In this document: positions 36,285 through 47,514 of the stretch, piece after piece
Layout: each line of letters opens with the position of its first letter
How positions within the stretch are numbered: the first letter of the stretch is position 1
Virus record (IMG/VR): IMGVR_UViG_3300037882_001894
Location: 1-59,321 of that record
Reading direction: 5' to 3' (one strand)
DNA length: 59,321 nucleotides
DNA from: a virus
Taxonomy: Duplodnaviria; Caudoviricetes
Notes under the pieces: model-generated
Seen by the model: the letters and a program-made list of their open reading frames with translations, nothing else
Database searches by the model: none
Told to the model about the DNA's origin: nothing
Made by a program: the position numbers and the translations under genes

Positions 36285-38677
36285 ACAAATATGGGTTCTG
36301 TTACGATTCCATTCATACTAGCGAGTGCTGTAAATCTATTAGCATCGCTACTATAATTGAATCCAGCAGAACTACTAATTTGTTTATCAGCTATATTAAC
36401 TTTATTACCAGAAGACAACAGATTTCTATTGACATCTGTTTTTTTGGTTTTTGTTTTTTGTTTAATTTTTTGTACAGTTGGTAATGGTGTTACTGCTGGT
36501 ACTGGATTAGCACTATTTTTATTGGTTGGTAATGGTGTTACTGCGGGTACTGGATTAGCATTATTAGTTGTTACTGGTGGTGTTGTGGTATTTGCGCTTG
36601 TGTCATTATTTTTAGGTGTTATACCCAACATTTGTGTCAAACTACTAATTGCTTTATTGATCATACCAAAATCTGGCATCATAGATGTAGAATTGGCAGT
36701 TTGATTTTGGGTTTGTTGTCCGGTTTCTGTTGGATTAGTGCTTGCTATATTGCTATCAATTGTATTTGTAAAAGATAAATTTTTGATTTTTTTTGGTATA
36801 ACAGTAGATCTAAATTTATCTAAATCTACTTGGTTAGAAAATACTAAACATCCAGCCGATCCTGGTGATCTGGTTCGGTTGGCATCTAAATGTATCCCTA
36901 CCGCTTGTCGTTTACTACTAAATTTTGGATTTAATGGCATGAATGTACTACCTACTGTCTCTTGTGGATTACCCGCGACGGTATTGCCAATATTATAATC
37001 CCCATATTCCATTGGCATCAACGAACCAGATTCACTTTGTCCACCAGCCACAAATGTTTGTTTGCTAGATACACCAGAATTAGCTATTAATTTTAATAAT
37101 GAGTTTCCTTCGGTATCTAACACATTTACGTTTAACTTTTCCAAACCTCTTTCATCTTTCATACCAGAGCGATTCACCATTACCTTACCACCATCAGCCA
37201 TTTTCTGTACATTAGATGGTAGTTCATAACCACCTTTGATCGCTTCATTTATTCTTCTTTTCGTCAATCCTTTGTCTTGTTTTGTTGCTGGTGTTTCAAA
37301 TGGTATTACAAAATTATCACTATTTGTCTTGTGTTTAGCTACATATTCTTTACCATGCCCAATAAAACTAGTATTTTTACCATCTAATGATACTGGATAC
37401 CCATCATTACTACCATCAATCCAGCCACTACTTTTTCCATTTATCACACCACCTATGCTCATTTGTGGTACTGCCTTTTTATCAGACAAGATAGACAAAA
37501 TATCTGATAAAATATCTTTGGTGTCGGTATCATCCTTTGTAGCAGCAGTATCATCTTTACTGGTTTTCGTCACCCCACTATCTTCTTTTTCTTCATTTAT
37601 CTCATTAATTGGTACATCGAAAGATTTGCCAATGTTGGTGAGCATGGGCATCAATACATTTTCATCCTTGATCGAAGATCTTAGTGCTGATAATATACCT
37701 TTACCAATTACCTCAAATGGTAGTTTTAATAGTTGTTCAAAATCTGGTGTAATTTTTTTGATATCATTATTAAATTTCTCATTATTAGTATTACCTGTCA
37801 GTAATGTTGACAACGGCTTGATATTATTAACTTTATTGTTGCTGACTACACCACCTTTAGCAAGTTTTGGTAGTGCTGATACCGTTGGTACTTTTTTTGG
37901 TTCGGCTGCTGCTGGTTTATCTTCTACCTTTACTTTTGGCAACTGATCCGGTTTTATTATTGGCGTTGCGGATTCTGGTGCTGGTGTTATATCTTTTTTT
38001 TCTTCTGTCTTTTCTGGTGCTAATGATTTCACACCATCTTTGATCTCTGATTCTGCTTCTTTAGTAGCAACTTCTGCGGATTTTGTTAATATTCCCTCTA
38101 CACCTTTTAGTAGATTATTAAAGCCATCCCCAATAACTTTAGGAGTTTCTTTGATCACATTAGTCATAGTTTCAACTGGGTTTAATAATGCATTGGCAAA
38201 TTTTCCAGCATTATTAAAAAATTCAGAAAAAGATTTACCTAATTTTTTTGCATTAGATAGTGTTCCGATAATCCCCCATATCGTACCATCTACCAAATCC
38301 ATCAGAAATTTACAAACTGCATATGCACCTTTCAATACTTTTGCTAATTTTTTGGTGTTTTCTGGTTTTCCAATCCATTCTGCTACCTTATACGCAATCA
38401 CCAATGCAGCCATCTTTGCAAACCAACCCAGTAGATCAGATAAGAATCCTTGTGATTTTTTCAGATCTTTTTGGTGTTGTGCATATTTTCTTCTTTCTTG
38501 TTCCTTGTATTTCTCTTTTTCTTTGACTTCCTTACTATTATTTTTTGCAGTCATATATTTTTCGTCTGCTTGCATTAATTTATTAGTCTTTTTCTCGATA
38601 TCCAATATTTGATCTAGCTTTAATCCTATGTCTTTCATGTCAAAATCTGGACTAGCTTGTACTTTATTCTTAGCCAT
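36281..38677 (-). CDS. gp29-like tape-measure/hub protein with L,D-transpeptidase-like domain
   Basis: Start MAKNK at 38677 with minus-strand TAAATA 32 nt upstream; LAKGGVV / MADGGKV repeats; GIHLDAN...PGSAGCLVF. Confidence 0.65.
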   Translation of the reverse strand: MAKNKVQASPDFDMKDIGLKLDQILDIEKKTNKLMQADEKYMTAKNNSKEVKEKEKYKEQERRKYAQHQKDLKKSQGFLSDLLGWFAKMAALVIAYKVAEWIGKPENTKKLAKVLKGAYAVCKFLMDLVDGTIWGIIGTLSNAKKLGKSFSEFFNNAGKFANALLNPVETMTNVIKETPKVIGDGFNNLLKGVEGILTKSAEVATKEAESEIKDGVKSLAPEKTEEKKDITPAPESATPIIKPDQLPKVKVEDKPAAAEPKKVPTVSALPKLAKGGVVSNNKVNNIKPLSTLLTGNTNNEKFNNDIKKITPDFEQLLKLPFEVIGKGILSALRSSIKDENVLMPMLTNIGKSFDVPINEINEEKEDSGVTKTSKDDTAATKDDTDTKDILSDILSILSDKKAVPQMSIGGVINGKSSGWIDGSNDGYPVSLDGKNTSFIGHGKEYVAKHKTNSDNFVIPFETPATKQDKGLTKRRINEAIKGGYELPSNVQKMADGGKVMVNRSGMKDERGLEKLNVNVLDTEGNSLLKLIANSGVSSKQTFVAGGQSESGSLMPMEYGDYNIGNTVAGNPQETVGSTFMPLNPKFSSKRQAVGIHLDANRTRSPGSAGCLVFSNQVDLDKFRSTVIPKKIKNLSFTNTIDSNIASTNPTETGQQTQNQTANSTSMMPDFGMINKAISSLTQMLGITPKNNDTSANTTTPPVTTNNANPVPAVTPLPTNKNSANPVPAVTPLPTVQKIKQKTKTKKTDVNRNLLSSGNKVNIADKQISSSAGFNYSSDANRFTALASMNGIVTEPIFV

Positions 38678-38767
38678 AATATTATATTTTATATATACAT
38701 CAATATTTAGTTTTGTGGTATAATATAGAAGGAATTCTAAATATACTAGTAATAGATAATTATTAGT

Positions 38768-41551
38768 ATGGCAGTTTCTATCAGTGATATAAATAAAAAA
38801 TTTGATAATATTATTAATATTAAAGGTCGAACACTGTCTGCTTTGTCTAGACATGATCGATATATGCGATATAAACGATCACAAGAAGAATATCAAAACA
38901 AATATGCTATAAACCAACGCAACAGAAAATCTCCATCATTTGGTGCGGATTTAATTGGTACCGCTATTAAGATGGGATTGATGTTCGGGTTATTAAAAGT
39001 TTCGCAATTTGTAGCAGATCCAAAGAATAAAAAAGTAGTAACATCTTTATTACAACTGGGCAAAGGATTATTCGATATTGCCACTAAAGTAGCTGGATTT
39101 GGTGCAGATAAACTATTAGATGGAGTGTCACAAACTGCTGGTAATAAATCTATATTAGGTAAATTAAAAGGGATACTAATTGCAACAGTGGGTTTTGTAT
39201 CATTACGTTGGTTAGTAAACCCATTAAAGATAATTACTGATATAAAAGGTTTACCCAAAACATTAGGTAAACTATACAAAGGCATAAAGCTATTAAATGG
39301 TAGTTTATCAGATTTAGCAAAATGGACTAAATTTGGAGTAACCAGTATATTCAAGGGAATAGATAAATTTTTTAGTAGATTGGTATTGAAAGTGTTTGGC
39401 AAAGGCATCTGGAGTTTTTTAAGAAAAGCCGTAGACGGACTTTATCGAGGGATAGGTAGTGTGGCATCAAAACTTGGTGGTGGTATAGCAAAAGGAATAG
39501 GTAAAATGATTCCATCACCAGCAATTAGAGCATTTGGTAAAGCAATATCCAAAGTGCCTATTGTGGGTGCTTTGATGGGATTCGGAATAAATTTATTATT
39601 GGGTGATCCGATCCAGAAAGCATCAGTAAAATTGGTGACGGGTGGTATTGGTGCCTGGGTAGGTGGTGCTGTAGGTGCTATATTCCCACCAGCGATACCT
39701 GTAACAGCCGTTATCGGGGGTGTAATTGGGGATTGGATAGGAGATACCATTTATGATAAATTCGTGCCTCCGCTAGCACTTGGGGGCGTAGTAGAGCATA
39801 TATCTACAGAAGGAACCCATGTGATCGTAGCTGAGAAAGAAGATGAAGTGGTGATACCACTATCGATGCTGACATTTACTAGTGAACTGGGTGCTAAATT
39901 ATTTGAACCGATGTTGATGATGGGTTCTAGTATAGTAGGTTCGATACAATCAGTCATAAATAGTAAAGATAGTGTTTTTGCTAATATCAAATCTGATGTA
40001 TCACCAAAACTGTTACCATTGGTAAAAACCTTTGGTAGCAGAACTATAATCAGTAAAACGATCAAACGGGGATATACCGGATCTCCTAGTAAAAACGCAT
40101 CATTGACTAATGTGAAGAATAGTGATAAACTATTAAGAACTAATAACAACATTTCCAATATAGGGAATACCACTAATACCAGTGTTCTACAATTATTACA
40201 ATCTATTAAAGATGTATTATTGGAAGACACGATAAAAGCAGGAAAAACCAATATGTTTACAACAACAAATATCCCACCAGCAATTGTAGGAGAAGTACAA
40301 CAAAGCACAACAGCAGACAAACCAGGAACATTTATCGCAAGAGGACGAGCAACATATTATGATCCTAATGATCCTAATGACACAACAGCAGGTGGGCACA
40401 AGCTATCAACCGGAGAAAGATATGATTCTAATACTTTCACTGGTGCTGTATTTCCAAATGTTATCCTAAAACTACCAGAAAGATACACAGCAAAAACTAA
40501 CGAAAGACCAGCATATTTTAAAGGCAAGACAATTAAAAAACCATTTATGCTAAAAATGGTGGACGAAAAGAGTGGAAAACAAGCATATATCAGAATTAAT
40601 GATGTTGGTATCGGTGTAATGGGTGATACCACGCGATTAGTAGATATGAGTGCTGCCACAAAACGGTACTTTGGTGGAGATAGTAAAAATATTAGAGTGT
40701 ATCTCGCACCAGATGATGCGATACCAGGAGCATTACCCAATTTACCAGGATTCGCTGAAGGTGGTGAATATAAATTTAATTCCGCACCACATAAGCGTTG
40801 GTTAGGCAAACGACGTGGACGCAAACATGCTGGCGAAGATTTTGATATGAATGCGGCTGGTACTTTCCAATCCTTTATTGGTGGGCGTGTAATGTATCGT
40901 GGATTTCAGCCAGGACGATTCATGTATGGTCATTATATTGATATTCATAATGATAAACTGAAGGTAACAGAACGAATTGCCGAAGCAGCTAATATCTCTG
41001 TTAATGTTGGCGATGTAGTACAACCAGGACAGTATGTATCATCTGGTACTAGTACTGGCATGATCCATTATGAGATTCGCAAACAAGATAAATATTATAC
41101 TAAATTTGGAGAAGCTGGCACAAGTGATCCTATTAAATTTTTAGCATCAATTGGTGCTGGTAATATATCTGGTAATATTATCAAAAATGCTGCGTTAGCG
41201 TCTTTGATGGATGGTTCTACAGCACCTTCTGTGGCTGATAGTGATGGTGCTACTCCTAGTGATCCTAATAATGCGAATATGCAACCGATTATCGCTAGTG
41301 CTGCACAACCAGATTTTAATATTATTAATAAAGCATTGGTTGATCTTACCCAAATGCTAGGTGTATCCAAAGAAAAAATCAAACCTAATATTAGCAGCAG
41401 CAATATCATGCCTAGTATCGATATGAATCCAGACACCAGCACTAACACAAATATGATCAAAATAGGCGATACAACTAACATCACTAACACAATTCAGTCC
41501 ATCCTACCTAATCACAGCGTTGTGTCTTTCACCAGATTAAGAATGGTGTGA
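38768..41551 (+). CDS. gp29-like tape-measure/hub protein with RlpA-like and M23 peptidase domains
   Basis: Gly/Ala helical region KVPIVGALMG; RATYY...INDVG...RLVDMSAA; HAGEDF...YGHYI...IHYEIR. Confidence 0.7.
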   Translation: MAVSISDINKKFDNIINIKGRTLSALSRHDRYMRYKRSQEEYQNKYAINQRNRKSPSFGADLIGTAIKMGLMFGLLKVSQFVADPKNKKVVTSLLQLGKGLFDIATKVAGFGADKLLDGVSQTAGNKSILGKLKGILIATVGFVSLRWLVNPLKIITDIKGLPKTLGKLYKGIKLLNGSLSDLAKWTKFGVTSIFKGIDKFFSRLVLKVFGKGIWSFLRKAVDGLYRGIGSVASKLGGGIAKGIGKMIPSPAIRAFGKAISKVPIVGALMGFGINLLLGDPIQKASVKLVTGGIGAWVGGAVGAIFPPAIPVTAVIGGVIGDWIGDTIYDKFVPPLALGGVVEHISTEGTHVIVAEKEDEVVIPLSMLTFTSELGAKLFEPMLMMGSSIVGSIQSVINSKDSVFANIKSDVSPKLLPLVKTFGSRTIISKTIKRGYTGSPSKNASLTNVKNSDKLLRTNNNISNIGNTTNTSVLQLLQSIKDVLLEDTIKAGKTNMFTTTNIPPAIVGEVQQSTTADKPGTFIARGRATYYDPNDPNDTTAGGHKLSTGERYDSNTFTGAVFPNVILKLPERYTAKTNERPAYFKGKTIKKPFMLKMVDEKSGKQAYIRINDVGIGVMGDTTRLVDMSAATKRYFGGDSKNIRVYLAPDDAIPGALPNLPGFAEGGEYKFNSAPHKRWLGKRRGRKHAGEDFDMNAAGTFQSFIGGRVMYRGFQPGRFMYGHYIDIHNDKLKVTERIAEAANISVNVGDVVQPGQYVSSGTSTGMIHYEIRKQDKYYTKFGEAGTSDPIKFLASIGAGNISGNIIKNAALASLMDGSTAPSVADSDGATPSDPNNANMQPIIASAAQPDFNIINKALVDLTQMLGVSKEKIKPNISSSNIMPSIDMNPDTSTNTNMIKIGDTTNITNTIQSILPNHSVVSFTRLRMV

Positions 41552-41590
41552 TTCTAAATATTGTTGTAAGCTTAATATACAACAACAATA

Positions 41591-42889
41591 ATGTCAGTAG
41601 AATTTGTAGGTGATTATTCGTTAAAGAGTGTCGTACTTCGTAAAAATAAACAAGATACCGACATTAAAGATTTAGTAACTGAGATCAATATATATTCTTC
41701 CGTTAATTCAGTTGCTATATCTGCTGATATGGTGATCTCTGATAATAAAGATCTTCTTTCTTCACTACCAATCGTAGGTGGTGAGGAAATTTTTATTGAA
41801 ATTGGTACTAATGACACTAAATATACAATACCATTTGTATTATATAAGATCGATGCTAAAGTCCAACAAGAAAAGTCTCAAGTATATATCATGCGACTAT
41901 GTACTGCTGATACTCTGAAAAATGAGACATCTCGGTATTCGGTTAGACACAACAATCAATATTCGGAGAATATAGTAAAAGATCTGCTGGTTAATAGATT
42001 AAAAACTGATAAACCAATTGAAGTTGATAAAACCATTTACCCATTCAACTTTGTTAATCCAAACTGGCGTATATTTGATACATGCCAGTGGCTTGCTAGA
42101 AAGTCAGCACCGAGACAAAACGTAGAAAGTGCTGGATTTTTGTTTTATGAGACATTGAGAGGCTATCATTTCAAGAGTATTGATAATTTATTTTCGCGCC
42201 GTAGTGAGAATGAGAACAAACCATTCACATACGTTGCAGCAAAAACTAATACTAAATCAGATAAGAATTATAGGATCTTTAAATATGTCTCTGGTGAGAA
42301 ATATTTTGATGTGCTGGAAGAAATTAGAATAGGTTCTTTAGCACATTACACACAGAAAATTGATCTTACGCAAAGAAAGATGTCTTTGAATAAATCCAGC
42401 ATCAGTAGTGTATGGAATAATATGTCACATCTAGGTGGTGGTAGTATTCCAATTGATATTAGCAATGATTTGATTAACAGACCATCAAGAATCATTTACT
42501 CACCAATAATTAATAATTTATTTGGTGATAGTACTGTATATGATGAAGATGCTGATAAAATTAATAAACTAGTTGATCGGTCTTCGTATCGATATAATTC
42601 TATGGATTATTATACGATTGATTGTGAAATCGCTGGCAATTTAGCTGTGGAAGTTGGTAAAATATATACTTTATTATTCCCTTCACAAAATTCTGATAGT
42701 AGCAATGATCGAAACCGAATTAAAAATGACAACTTATCTGGAAATTGGATGGCACACTCGTTGAAAACTACTATCAATAGAACTAATGCTACTACGATTG
42801 TGCGATTCTGTCGCGATTCTAATGGCGTATCTACAAAAAATACTATAATATCTGCTGAGATCGAAACGCCGCTATTTAACATTGGATAA
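41591..42889 (+). CDS. Baseplate hub / tail protein (gp27-like)
   Basis: EINIY.S, LPIVGGE, PNW..FD...WL, FLFYETL.GYHFKSID.L, GN....G, LSG.W. Confidence 0.7.
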   Translation: MSVEFVGDYSLKSVVLRKNKQDTDIKDLVTEINIYSSVNSVAISADMVISDNKDLLSSLPIVGGEEIFIEIGTNDTKYTIPFVLYKIDAKVQQEKSQVYIMRLCTADTLKNETSRYSVRHNNQYSENIVKDLLVNRLKTDKPIEVDKTIYPFNFVNPNWRIFDTCQWLARKSAPRQNVESAGFLFYETLRGYHFKSIDNLFSRRSENENKPFTYVAAKTNTKSDKNYRIFKYVSGEKYFDVLEEIRIGSLAHYTQKIDLTQRKMSLNKSSISSVWNNMSHLGGGSIPIDISNDLINRPSRIIYSPIINNLFGDSTVYDEDADKINKLVDRSSYRYNSMDYYTIDCEIAGNLAVEVGKIYTLLFPSQNSDSSNDRNRIKNDNLSGNWMAHSLKTTINRTNATTIVRFCRDSNGVSTKNTIISAEIETPLFNIG

Positions 42890-42924
42890 ATGTGTTATAA
42901 TGGATCATAATTTACAAATATTGT

Positions 42925-43620
42925 ATGATCCATTATAACGACAGCACTAATACATATTCCTTCTATCTTCCTAACCACAATGTTAGTAAACCTCATGCTA
43001 GAAAATTAACATACAATCAATTATTTGTAGATAATAAACTACACGTACTAAACATCATCACTGGTGATTTCTACACCATCACTACTGAACTCTCTGACAT
43101 ACCACTACTAAAACAATATAATTTTGGTGTAGATAATGATGGTAGATTTAAAACAACAACAAATGGAAAAACTACATACATACACGAACTAATATATGGT
43201 ATCAAAACTAATACAAATTGGGTAATCAATCATATAGATGGCGATCCTAGTAACAACCAAAGATCAAATCTAGAATTAGTAACAAATTGGTTCAATTCTG
43301 CATTACGCAAAACTACTAATTCTTTGCCATTAGGTATACAACATCATGGTACTAGTTTTAGAACACAAATTAGATTACCAACTAGTAATCAAGCTATAAC
43401 TTTTGGTTCGCTTTCAATAGATTATCTTCAAAATCTGCATTATCAATTCGGTACTAAATCCAAATTAGTATCTCCAGCAAGATATCTACAATCTATGCCA
43501 AATTGGTTGCCAGATAACAGCATAATCTTTACACCAAAGCATCAAGAAAAGCTAGATATGCTGATAACAGAGCATATAGAGAATCAAGGAAAATGGGATA
43601 AACCAGGATCAATATACTAA
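42925..43620 (+). mobile_element. HNH homing-endonuclease family, copy 4
   Basis: MIHYNDSTN... NHIDGDPSNNQRSNL; TGTGTTATAAT at 42891. Confidence 0.85.
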
Positions 43621-43623
43621 ATA

Positions 43624-46077
43624 ATGGTAGTAAAGATGCTACTGCTACTGATGATCAATCCTAATTTTTCCACCACCAACAACCTAAACGAAAATAACTA
43701 TTATTTTGGAGTAATTGAATCTGTAAATGATCCGTTGGGTTTGCATCGGGTAAAGTGTAGAATCATTGGTGTCCACAACGACAATAGAAAGTTATTAACT
43801 ACTAATGATTTGCCTTGGTCATTGGTGGCCAACCCAACTGATGGCACTGGTAAGCATACTTTGAAACCAGGGAATTTTGTAGTGTGCGTATTTGTCGATC
43901 AGGATCTACAACAGCCTGTAGTTCTTTATACTCTATTCAGCAAGATAAAAACCAACAATATTAAATTTAATAGTATCGACGATGTTAGATCTCCTGGTAC
44001 AGTATTCTTAACCAACAACACCAGCAAAATTCCAGACCAAATCATATATGATGGTAAATTAGCAAATGAGATAGTGGCAAAATCCCAATTAATTGCTGAT
44101 ATTGGTAATCCATATGGGCGGAATACCAACACACCGACAGCAAATGGTAAATCTGGTGGAGTAGGTATATTTGAGGATATTCAGCGTGAGATTGTATCGT
44201 TAGCGAATATCTTTAAGTATGTAGAATTGTATGATACTGATGATATTACATTGTCTGAGGATATTGATGAAGGTGTTGGGTTTATACCATTATCCAGAGT
44301 AGAGAGTATACCTAGATCTGGTATTATTAAAATTGATAATGAATTTATCACATATAATGGGATAGCTGACACAGGATTGTCTGGACAAATCATGCGTGGA
44401 TCTCCAGATCGCGGTGAAATAGTACCATCATTTAATGCTACACATACTAAGGGAACATCAGTACAATGGATCTATCCAATCGTTAAGAATGATAATGCAC
44501 CGTTATTTTATAGTAAACTGACTGGACAAGCAATTAATTTTGGCAAAGAGATCAAAAAAAAAATGTCAGTCATTTCTGGATACATTACCTGGATTACCTC
44601 ACAAATATCAGCGCAAATCACAAAATTATTAAGTGAACTAATATCCAACATCACACTAGTATTAAAATCACCAATAGCAATAACTGGTAAACTGATAGTA
44701 GATGCTTTATTGCTAATTTTGTCTCAAGTATTGTGTGCGTTTAATAAATCTACTGTTGACAGCTTAGTAGATGTGATTGAGAATTATATTACAGAGCAAT
44801 TGATGGGTGTGGTGAAGATGTTTTATGCTGCTGGGGGTGCTGTAACAGATTTTATAACTAATTGTAGTAATAAAATATTTGATGCTATCTTACAATTTTC
44901 CAGCATTATACAATCGGTTGGTACCATTATCAATGCTGTGACCGCTACAAAATTTCCTACAGCATCCTCTTTCAATATATCTGATGGTGATGGTGGGTTG
45001 TCAATGGAATCTATTACATCAGCAGCACCGATTGTTGGTAATTTATTAAATTTATTAGGTTTGGGTTGTCGGACAGATGTTGGTGAGAATAAGATCACTT
45101 ATACTGATAACAATGGTACTACTTGTACTACTAATGGTTACTTCCCTGATGCTATATTATGTGCGCCAAATCCAGATATAATTGGTGAATTGAACAATCT
45201 GTATCGACCGTTACCAGCATTTATTACATCTTATGATTTCGGTGGTGGATTGAAGATAGAGCAAGATAACACGCCTGGTACAGAGCGTACACTAATCCAG
45301 TCACCAGCAGGTACATATACTGAAGTTTTTAATGATGGCACCAGCAAGACTGTTATCACGAAAGATAATTATACACTCATTCTAAATGATAATTTTGTAG
45401 AAATTAAAGGTGCTGCTTATTTCAAGGTAGATGGTGATTTTGGGTTAAAAGTGTCAGGTAACATGGATATTGAAGTAGGCAAAGAATTGAGAATGAATAT
45501 TGGCGGAGCATCAAAGATCACTTACGGAGGTTCGCATAATACTAATTATAATAATGATGCTATTATTAATGCCACTAATAAATTGTCGATCACTGGTGCC
45601 CAAATAGGTTTATCGGGTAGTGGATCAGTAGATATCGCTGGTGGCGTATTTACTACTGTAGTAAATGAAGCAAATATCACTTCACTTGGATCGTTATCAT
45701 TGTTGTCGTTATACAGCAATCATGTTAGTACGTTATCACACAAAGAGATCCACAGCGGATCTGTTGACAAATTAGTATTAGGTACTGAGAAAACTATTAA
45801 TTTGTCCACACATACAGCAGATTATATTGGTGCTAGAACAGAGAATCATAGTAGTATACTGACCACCAATGTCTCTGGTATACACAACGTAACTAATAAC
45901 AGCGTATACAATGTTTCTTCAAAGTTAAAAGTAGAAAATGTATCAGAATTATTACAATTGACTACAAAACTCACTGTGAATAACAGTCAAACTACGACAA
46001 ATAATGTTAGTGGTAGTTATTTTACTTATGCTGGTGGGATCAATGTTCGTTCTTCTTCTGCAAACTTTGACAGTTGA
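43624..46077 (+). CDS. gp5: Baseplate central spike / hub protein (no lysozyme domain seen)
   Basis: OB fold GVIESVNDPLGLHRVKCRIIGVH..LPW; EQDNTPGTER...AGTYTE; beta-helix repeats; start may be 43651. Confidence 0.85.
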   Translation: MVVKMLLLLMINPNFSTTNNLNENNYYFGVIESVNDPLGLHRVKCRIIGVHNDNRKLLTTNDLPWSLVANPTDGTGKHTLKPGNFVVCVFVDQDLQQPVVLYTLFSKIKTNNIKFNSIDDVRSPGTVFLTNNTSKIPDQIIYDGKLANEIVAKSQLIADIGNPYGRNTNTPTANGKSGGVGIFEDIQREIVSLANIFKYVELYDTDDITLSEDIDEGVGFIPLSRVESIPRSGIIKIDNEFITYNGIADTGLSGQIMRGSPDRGEIVPSFNATHTKGTSVQWIYPIVKNDNAPLFYSKLTGQAINFGKEIKKKMSVISGYITWITSQISAQITKLLSELISNITLVLKSPIAITGKLIVDALLLILSQVLCAFNKSTVDSLVDVIENYITEQLMGVVKMFYAAGGAVTDFITNCSNKIFDAILQFSSIIQSVGTIINAVTATKFPTASSFNISDGDGGLSMESITSAAPIVGNLLNLLGLGCRTDVGENKITYTDNNGTTCTTNGYFPDAILCAPNPDIIGELNNLYRPLPAFITSYDFGGGLKIEQDNTPGTERTLIQSPAGTYTEVFNDGTSKTVITKDNYTLILNDNFVEIKGAAYFKVDGDFGLKVSGNMDIEVGKELRMNIGGASKITYGGSHNTNYNNDAIINATNKLSITGAQIGLSGSGSVDIAGGVFTTVVNEANITSLGSLSLLSLYSNHVSTLSHKEIHSGSVDKLVLGTEKTINLSTHTADYIGARTENHSSILTTNVSGIHNVTNNSVYNVSSKLKVENVSELLQLTTKLTVNNSQTTTNNVSGSYFTYAGGINVRSSSANFDS

Positions 46078-46095
46078 TGATATGTGTGTTATACT
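46067..46095 (+). promoter_or_regulatory. Sigma70-type promoter for HNH copy 5
   Basis: TTGACA-17nt-TATACT with TG. Confidence 0.7.
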
Positions 46096-46118
46096 GGATA
46101 TATAATATTTGTTGCATT

Positions 46119-46808
46119 ATGATCCACTATAACGACAGCACTAATACATATTTCTTCGATCTACCTAATCATAATGTAGACAACAGTAGAAAATTAACAT
46201 ACAATCAGTTATTTGTAGACAATAAACTACACGTACTAAACACCATCACTGGTGATCTTTATACCAACACTATTGATCTCTCTGCTGTATCACTACTAAA
46301 ACAATATAATTTTGGTGTAGATGATAATGGTAGATTTCGTACCCAGCTAAATAGAAAAACTATATTCATATATGAACTGGTGTGTAATACCAAAACCAAC
46401 AGGAATTGGGTAATTAATCATATAGATGGCGATCCTAGTAACAACCAAAGATCAAATCTAGAATTAGTAACACATTGGTTCAATACGGTATTACAAAAAA
46501 CTACCAACTCTCTGCCATTGGGTATAAAACATAATGATAATAGTTTTCTAACACAAATTTGTTTACCTACTATCGACCAAAAGATAAATTTTTGCTCACT
46601 TTCAATAGATTATTTACAAAACATCCATTATCAGTTTGGTATCAAATCCAAATTAGTATCTTCAGCAAGATATTTGGAAGCTACACCAAATTGGTTGCCA
46701 GACAACAGCATAATATTTAAACCAGATCATCAAGAAAAGCTAGATATGCTGATCTCAGAGCATCTAACAAATCAAGCAAAGTGGAATAAACCTGAACCAA
46801 TATATTGA
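46119..46808 (+). mobile_element. HNH homing-endonuclease family, copy 5
   Basis: MIHYNDSTN... NHIDGDPSNNQRSNL. Confidence 0.85.
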
Positions 46809-46837
46809 TTGACTTTAACATCTGTGTATGCTATAAT
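46809..46837 (+). promoter_or_regulatory. Sigma70-type promoter directly after HNH copy 5
   Basis: TTGACT-17nt-TATAAT with TG. Confidence 0.75.
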
Positions 46838-46895
46838 CAATTATGAATCGAACCAAAAGATATTAAAATTATGAACTACAACTATATCAACCAAA

Positions 46896-47099
46896 ATGAA
46901 AATAAAAACCAATGCAGTCTTAGACGTTTGCATCATCGATATTTCTAAAAGAAAATTGATAATGATTTCAGATAAAAACGATCCAATTCATATCACATGG
47001 ACTTCTACTGAAAACTTCATGTATTTGTGGAATCTGTTAGAAACTATCAAGCACTGTACTAATATTAGTTATGTTTATTCTACAACAGCAGCAGACTAA
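46896..47099 (+). CDS. Small hypothetical protein
   Basis: ORF downstream of an early-type promoter. Confidence 0.5.
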   Translation: MKIKTNAVLDVCIIDISKRKLIMISDKNDPIHITWTSTENFMYLWNLLETIKHCTNISYVYSTTAAD

Positions 47100-47129
47100 A
47101 TAATTAAAGTATAGTATAGTATAATAGAT

Positions 47130-47288
47130 ATGGCACAAATTATTGTAAATTTGAAATATTATAAAATTTATGTAAAAAATCCTGATGGCAAGCTAGGTCA
47201 ATACAAAACAGCCAAATTTTCCGACTTTGTTGAACTAAAATCGAAATTAGAAAAAGACAAAACTAATGAAATCGAATATACAAGATAG
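47130..47288 (+). CDS. Small hypothetical protein (52 aa, not in ORF track)
   Basis: MAQIIVNLKYYKIYVKNPDGKLGQYKTAKFSDFVELKSKLEKDKTNEIEYTR. Confidence 0.45.
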   Translation: MAQIIVNLKYYKIYVKNPDGKLGQYKTAKFSDFVELKSKLEKDKTNEIEYTR

Positions 47289-47451
47289 TCTTGGTGATAT
47301 AATTTTAACAGAATCTATGTTTTGGGAGGAAATACAAGAAGCAAGAGAAGTATCATGTACTATCAATGATTTTTATTTTATTGTTGAGAATATATTAGTT
47401 TATTATGAGAGTATAGTAGAGGTAGATATAGAAGACATAAACTATTGGTAA
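47266..47451 (+). CDS. Small acidic hypothetical protein
   Basis: ORF ends just before a terminator. Confidence 0.5.
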   Translation: MKSNIQDSLGDIILTESMFWEEIQEAREVSCTINDFYFIVENILVYYESIVEVDIEDINYW

Positions 47452-47452
47452 T

Positions 47453-47484
47453 AAAAAAGGAGCGGTTATATCCACTCCTTTTTT
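47453..47484 (+). terminator. Rho-independent terminator
   Basis: aaaaaaggagcgg-ttatat-ccactcctttttt (one mismatch). Confidence 0.75.
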
Positions 47485-47514
47485 GATAAATATATATACT
47501 AAAGAAGAGTATAT

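Noticed and set aside
36478-36560. 35-bp direct repeat with 48-bp period
   Set aside because: Simple coding duplication (ANPVPAVTPLPT twice) in a low-complexity linker
38678-38854. N-terminal 59 aa of the 857-aa minus-strand ORF
   Set aside because: Overlaps the divergent gene and the promoter region; MAKNK at 38677 fits the late-promoter spacing
36357-41490. Many antisense ORFs inside the two hub genes (and similar ones in other long genes)
   Set aside because: Codon-bias shadows with no motifs or expression signals
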